Shown here: piece by piece, positions 61,573 to 64,000 of the stretch
Numbering within the stretch: position 1 is the stretch's first letter
Layout: each line of letters begins with the position of its first letter
Notes under the pieces: model-generated
Told to the model about the DNA's origin: nothing
Database searches by the model: none
What the model saw: only the letters and a program-made list of their open reading frames with translations
Assembly (NCBI GenBank): GCA_965224085.1
Contig: CBDCYI010000004.1
Coordinates: forward strand, 1,504,001-1,568,000
Reading direction: 5' to 3'
DNA from: Candidatus Marinacidobacterales bacterium
Lineage (GTDB): Bacteria; Acidobacteriota; Vicinamibacteria; Marinacidobacterales; SMYC01
Length of the DNA stretch: 64,000 nt
Position numbers and translations under genes: made by a program

Positions 61573-62272
61573 ATGATTCAGAGACGCTTTCCTCTCCTTT
61601 TGTCATCGTTTTTCGTGCTCGCTTCGCTACCTTTGGGAGCCCAGCCTGTGGCTGTGACCTTCGATGCGGGGCTTGTGAGCATCAGCTGCCAGAACGCGCC
61701 TCTTTCTGCCGTTTTCGACGTGCTCGAAGAGGTCACGGGCATGGAGCTCATCCTGGAAGACGCCGTCAAATCGACAAAGCTGAACGCCGATCTCACCGAC
61801 GTCCCGCTCGCGATGGCGGTGCAGCGGCTATTGGAAGGCAACGGCGTGAACTACGCCGTGATGATGGATCCGCGGGACTGGGGTCGCGTCGACAAGGTCT
61901 TCGTCGGCGCCGGGGGCGGCGCTCCCGCACGGCGGCCGGCACCGGCCCCAAGACGGGCGCCCCAGCCACGACCGCAGCCGGTCGAGGACGACGATTACGA
62001 CGACGAGACGGACGACTTCGAAGACGACGACATGGATGAAATGGATGAAATGAACGACGAAGAGATGGAGGACGACCCGAACGCGTTCCCGCCGCCGGGT
62101 AGCACTCCCGTGCCGAGCTATCTGGCGCCAACCCACCGCCGCCCGCGACTTTCCCGTTCTTAGATGCGCTCGGCAAAATACGCCCCATCCCCGTCCCGCC
62201 GAACCAGCAACAAATGCCCCATCCCCGTCCCGGCAAAGCAGCAGAAACAGCAACAAAACTAGCTCGCCGGCC
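61573..62272 (+). CDS. Exported STN/secretin-N0-like protein with acidic tail; 3' end appears frameshifted
   Basis: Signal peptide, VSISCQNAPLSAVF...DVPLAMAVQRLL; ORF stops at 62163, an alternate frame continues PPPATFPFLDALG...PIPVP; 17-bp duplication at 62182 and 62216. Confidence 0.6.
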
Positions 62273-62316
62273 AACCGCCATAGCGAGGACGCCCGCGAGG
62301 CTGCTATCCTGCAGCC

Positions 62317-64000
62317 GTGGCGAATCCGGCGGACAAATCGATCGACGCTTACCGGGCAAAGCGTGACTTCGATCGGACCCCCGAGCCCGCTCCAGAAGGG
62401 CGCACCGACACGGGCTTCGCGTCGTTCGTCGTCCACCGGCACGAGGCTCGCAGGCTTCATTACGACCTTCGCTTGGAGATGGAAGGGGTCCTCAAATCCT
62501 GGGCTATACCTCGCGGCTTCTCCTACGATCCTACGGTAAAAAAACTCGCCGTCCGCACGGAGGATCACCCGCTCGCCTATACAGATTTTCACGGCGTCAT
62601 CCCGAAAGGCGAGTATGGCGGCGGCACGATGACGATCTGGGACCGCGGCCGCTACGAGCTCTTGAAAGCCGACGACGGACCCGAAGCCGTCGAAGCAGGC
62701 AAAGTCGAGATAAAGCTGCGGGGCGGGAAGCTGCGCGGCGAATGGCACCTCGTTAAAACGAGGTCGGAAAAACAAGAATGGATCCTCTTCAAAGCACGGG
62801 ACCGCTACTCACGCGACGACGCCGAGAAGCAACCTTTCTTCGATCTCGCGCGCGCGAGCGAGGCACCAGTGCCCGAGCGCGTCGCGCCCATGACGGCGGG
62901 AGAGCCATCCAAGCGCTTTTCCGATCCGGCGTGGCTCTACGAAGTCGAGTTCGCGGGAGAACGAGCGGCGCTTCGCATCGCGAGCGAGAAGACGACGATC
63001 GTCGGTGCGAATGGCGACCTGCTCGGAGACGTCCTCGAGGACGTAGGGCGCTTGCGCTGTGAGCACGCATATGTCGACGGCGTACTCGTCGCGACCGACA
63101 AGAACCAACGACCGTCTCGCGCCGAGCTCGATCGCCGTTTCCGCGGAGAGTCCGACGCGACCGTCGTCTTCTACGCGTTCGATATCCTTCACTACGAGGA
63201 GTGGGATATACGCGCGTTGCCGCTTCTCGAGCGAAAGCAAATATTGCGCGCCGTCTTACCCAAGCTCCAGCACGTTCTGTTCGTCGACCACGTCGCGGCG
63301 CGCGGTGAGGAATTTTGCAGCCTCACCGAGGCCGCCGGGCTTCCCGCCGTCATCGCCAAAAAAGCGGCCGGCTCTTACGCATCAGGACCGTGCGGAGATT
63401 GGCGCCGCATAAAAACGATGGACGCGATTGGGGCTAGCGACAAAGATCTCGTCGAGGCCATGAGCACTCGCAAGCCGAGCACGCGCAAGATCAAGTTCAC
63501 GAACCTCGACAAGATCTTCTGGCCGGAAGAGGGCTATACCAAAGGCGATCTGATCCGCTATTACGAGCATGTCGCCGAGACGCTACTTCCCTATCTTCAC
63601 GAACGTCCCTGCCACATGTTGCGCTATCCGGACGGCATCCACGGCAAGGCCTTTTACCAAAAGGACGCTCCCGACCACGTCCCCGACTGGGTCGAGACCG
63701 AGAGCATCTCCTCGGACAGCAAGGGCGAGGCCATCCGCTACATCGTTTGCAATGACCGGAACACTCTCGTGCTCATGGCCAACCTCGCGAGCATCGACAT
63801 TCATCCATGGTTCTCGCGCCGAAAATCGCAGGACGCGCCAGACTGGGCGGTCTTCGACCTCGACCCCGACGGGTCACCCTTTCCCGATGTCGTGAAGATT
63901 GCACGGACTGTGGGAAAGGTCTTGCGAGGTATCGGGCTCCGGCCCTATTTGAAAACCTCGGGCGCAACCGGCCTTCACGTCTACGTTCCGGTAAAGCCGA
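62317..64000 (+). CDS. ligD: LigD-like NHEJ protein: phosphoesterase, degenerate ligase and polymerase domains (runs off window)
   Basis: YRAKRDFDRTPEP, HYDLRLE, KSWAIP, TEDHP; FTNLDKIFWP, RYPDG, FYQKD, FDLDP, KTSG; open to the window end so absent from the ORF track. Confidence 0.9.
   Translation, partial: MANPADKSIDAYRAKRDFDRTPEPAPEGRTDTGFASFVVHRHEARRLHYDLRLEMEGVLKSWAIPRGFSYDPTVKKLAVRTEDHPLAYTDFHGVIPKGEYGGGTMTIWDRGRYELLKADDGPEAVEAGKVEIKLRGGKLRGEWHLVKTRSEKQEWILFKARDRYSRDDAEKQPFFDLARASEAPVPERVAPMTAGEPSKRFSDPAWLYEVEFAGERAALRIASEKTTIVGANGDLLGDVLEDVGRLRCEHAYVDGVLVATDKNQRPSRAELDRRFRGESDATVVFYAFDILHYEEWDIRALPLLERKQILRAVLPKLQHVLFVDHVAARGEEFCSLTEAAGLPAVIAKKAAGSYASGPCGDWRRIKTMDAIGASDKDLVEAMSTRKPSTRKIKFTNLDKIFWPEEGYTKGDLIRYYEHVAETLLPYLHERPCHMLRYPDGIHGKAFYQKDAPDHVPDWVETESISSDSKGEAIRYIVCNDRNTLVLMANLASIDIHPWFSRRKSQDAPDWAVFDLDPDGSPFPDVVKIARTVGKVLRGIGLRPYLKTSGATGLHVYVPVKP

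Noticed and set aside
1-64000. Genome-wide reassignment of TAG to a sense codon
   Set aside because: ilvE, murQ, leuC, OPT, holB and gspF end at TAG at their expected C-termini; only conditional read-through remains possible

Overview
GC-rich bacterial chromosomal segment, most likely Acidobacteriota (Vicinamibacteria-like). This assignment is inferred from an ADOP-type permease fragment, an acidobacterial Hfq-like protein, a Ser/Thr kinase-TolB propeller fusion and a cohesin-secretin T2SS/pilus locus. The window holds housekeeping and metabolic genes (ilvE, leuACD, murQ, namZ, frc, tmk, holB, smpB, ligD), two non-heme-iron sulfoxide/selenoxide synthases (EgtB and a SenA-like paralogue), a ~15-gene T2SS/type IV pilus-like cluster, three IS elements (ISNCY, IS5, IS200) and about ten broken genes. 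Main signals: (1) two ORFs at 7048-8235 are one exported EF-hand + DUF3179 selenoprotein, with an in-frame UGA at the conserved Cys position (motif U-P-I-D) and a SECIS-like hairpin; it ends an operon split by an IS and follows a miniaturised, apparently non-catalytic amidohydrolase; (2) three signalling genes each carry a single clean in-frame TAG; (3) LigD has lost its ligase catalytic residues; (4) the SenA-like gene is an orphan; (5) several genes show a leaderless-promoter signature. No rRNA, tRNA or CRISPR array was seen. Family calls come from recognising motifs by eye, not from database searches.
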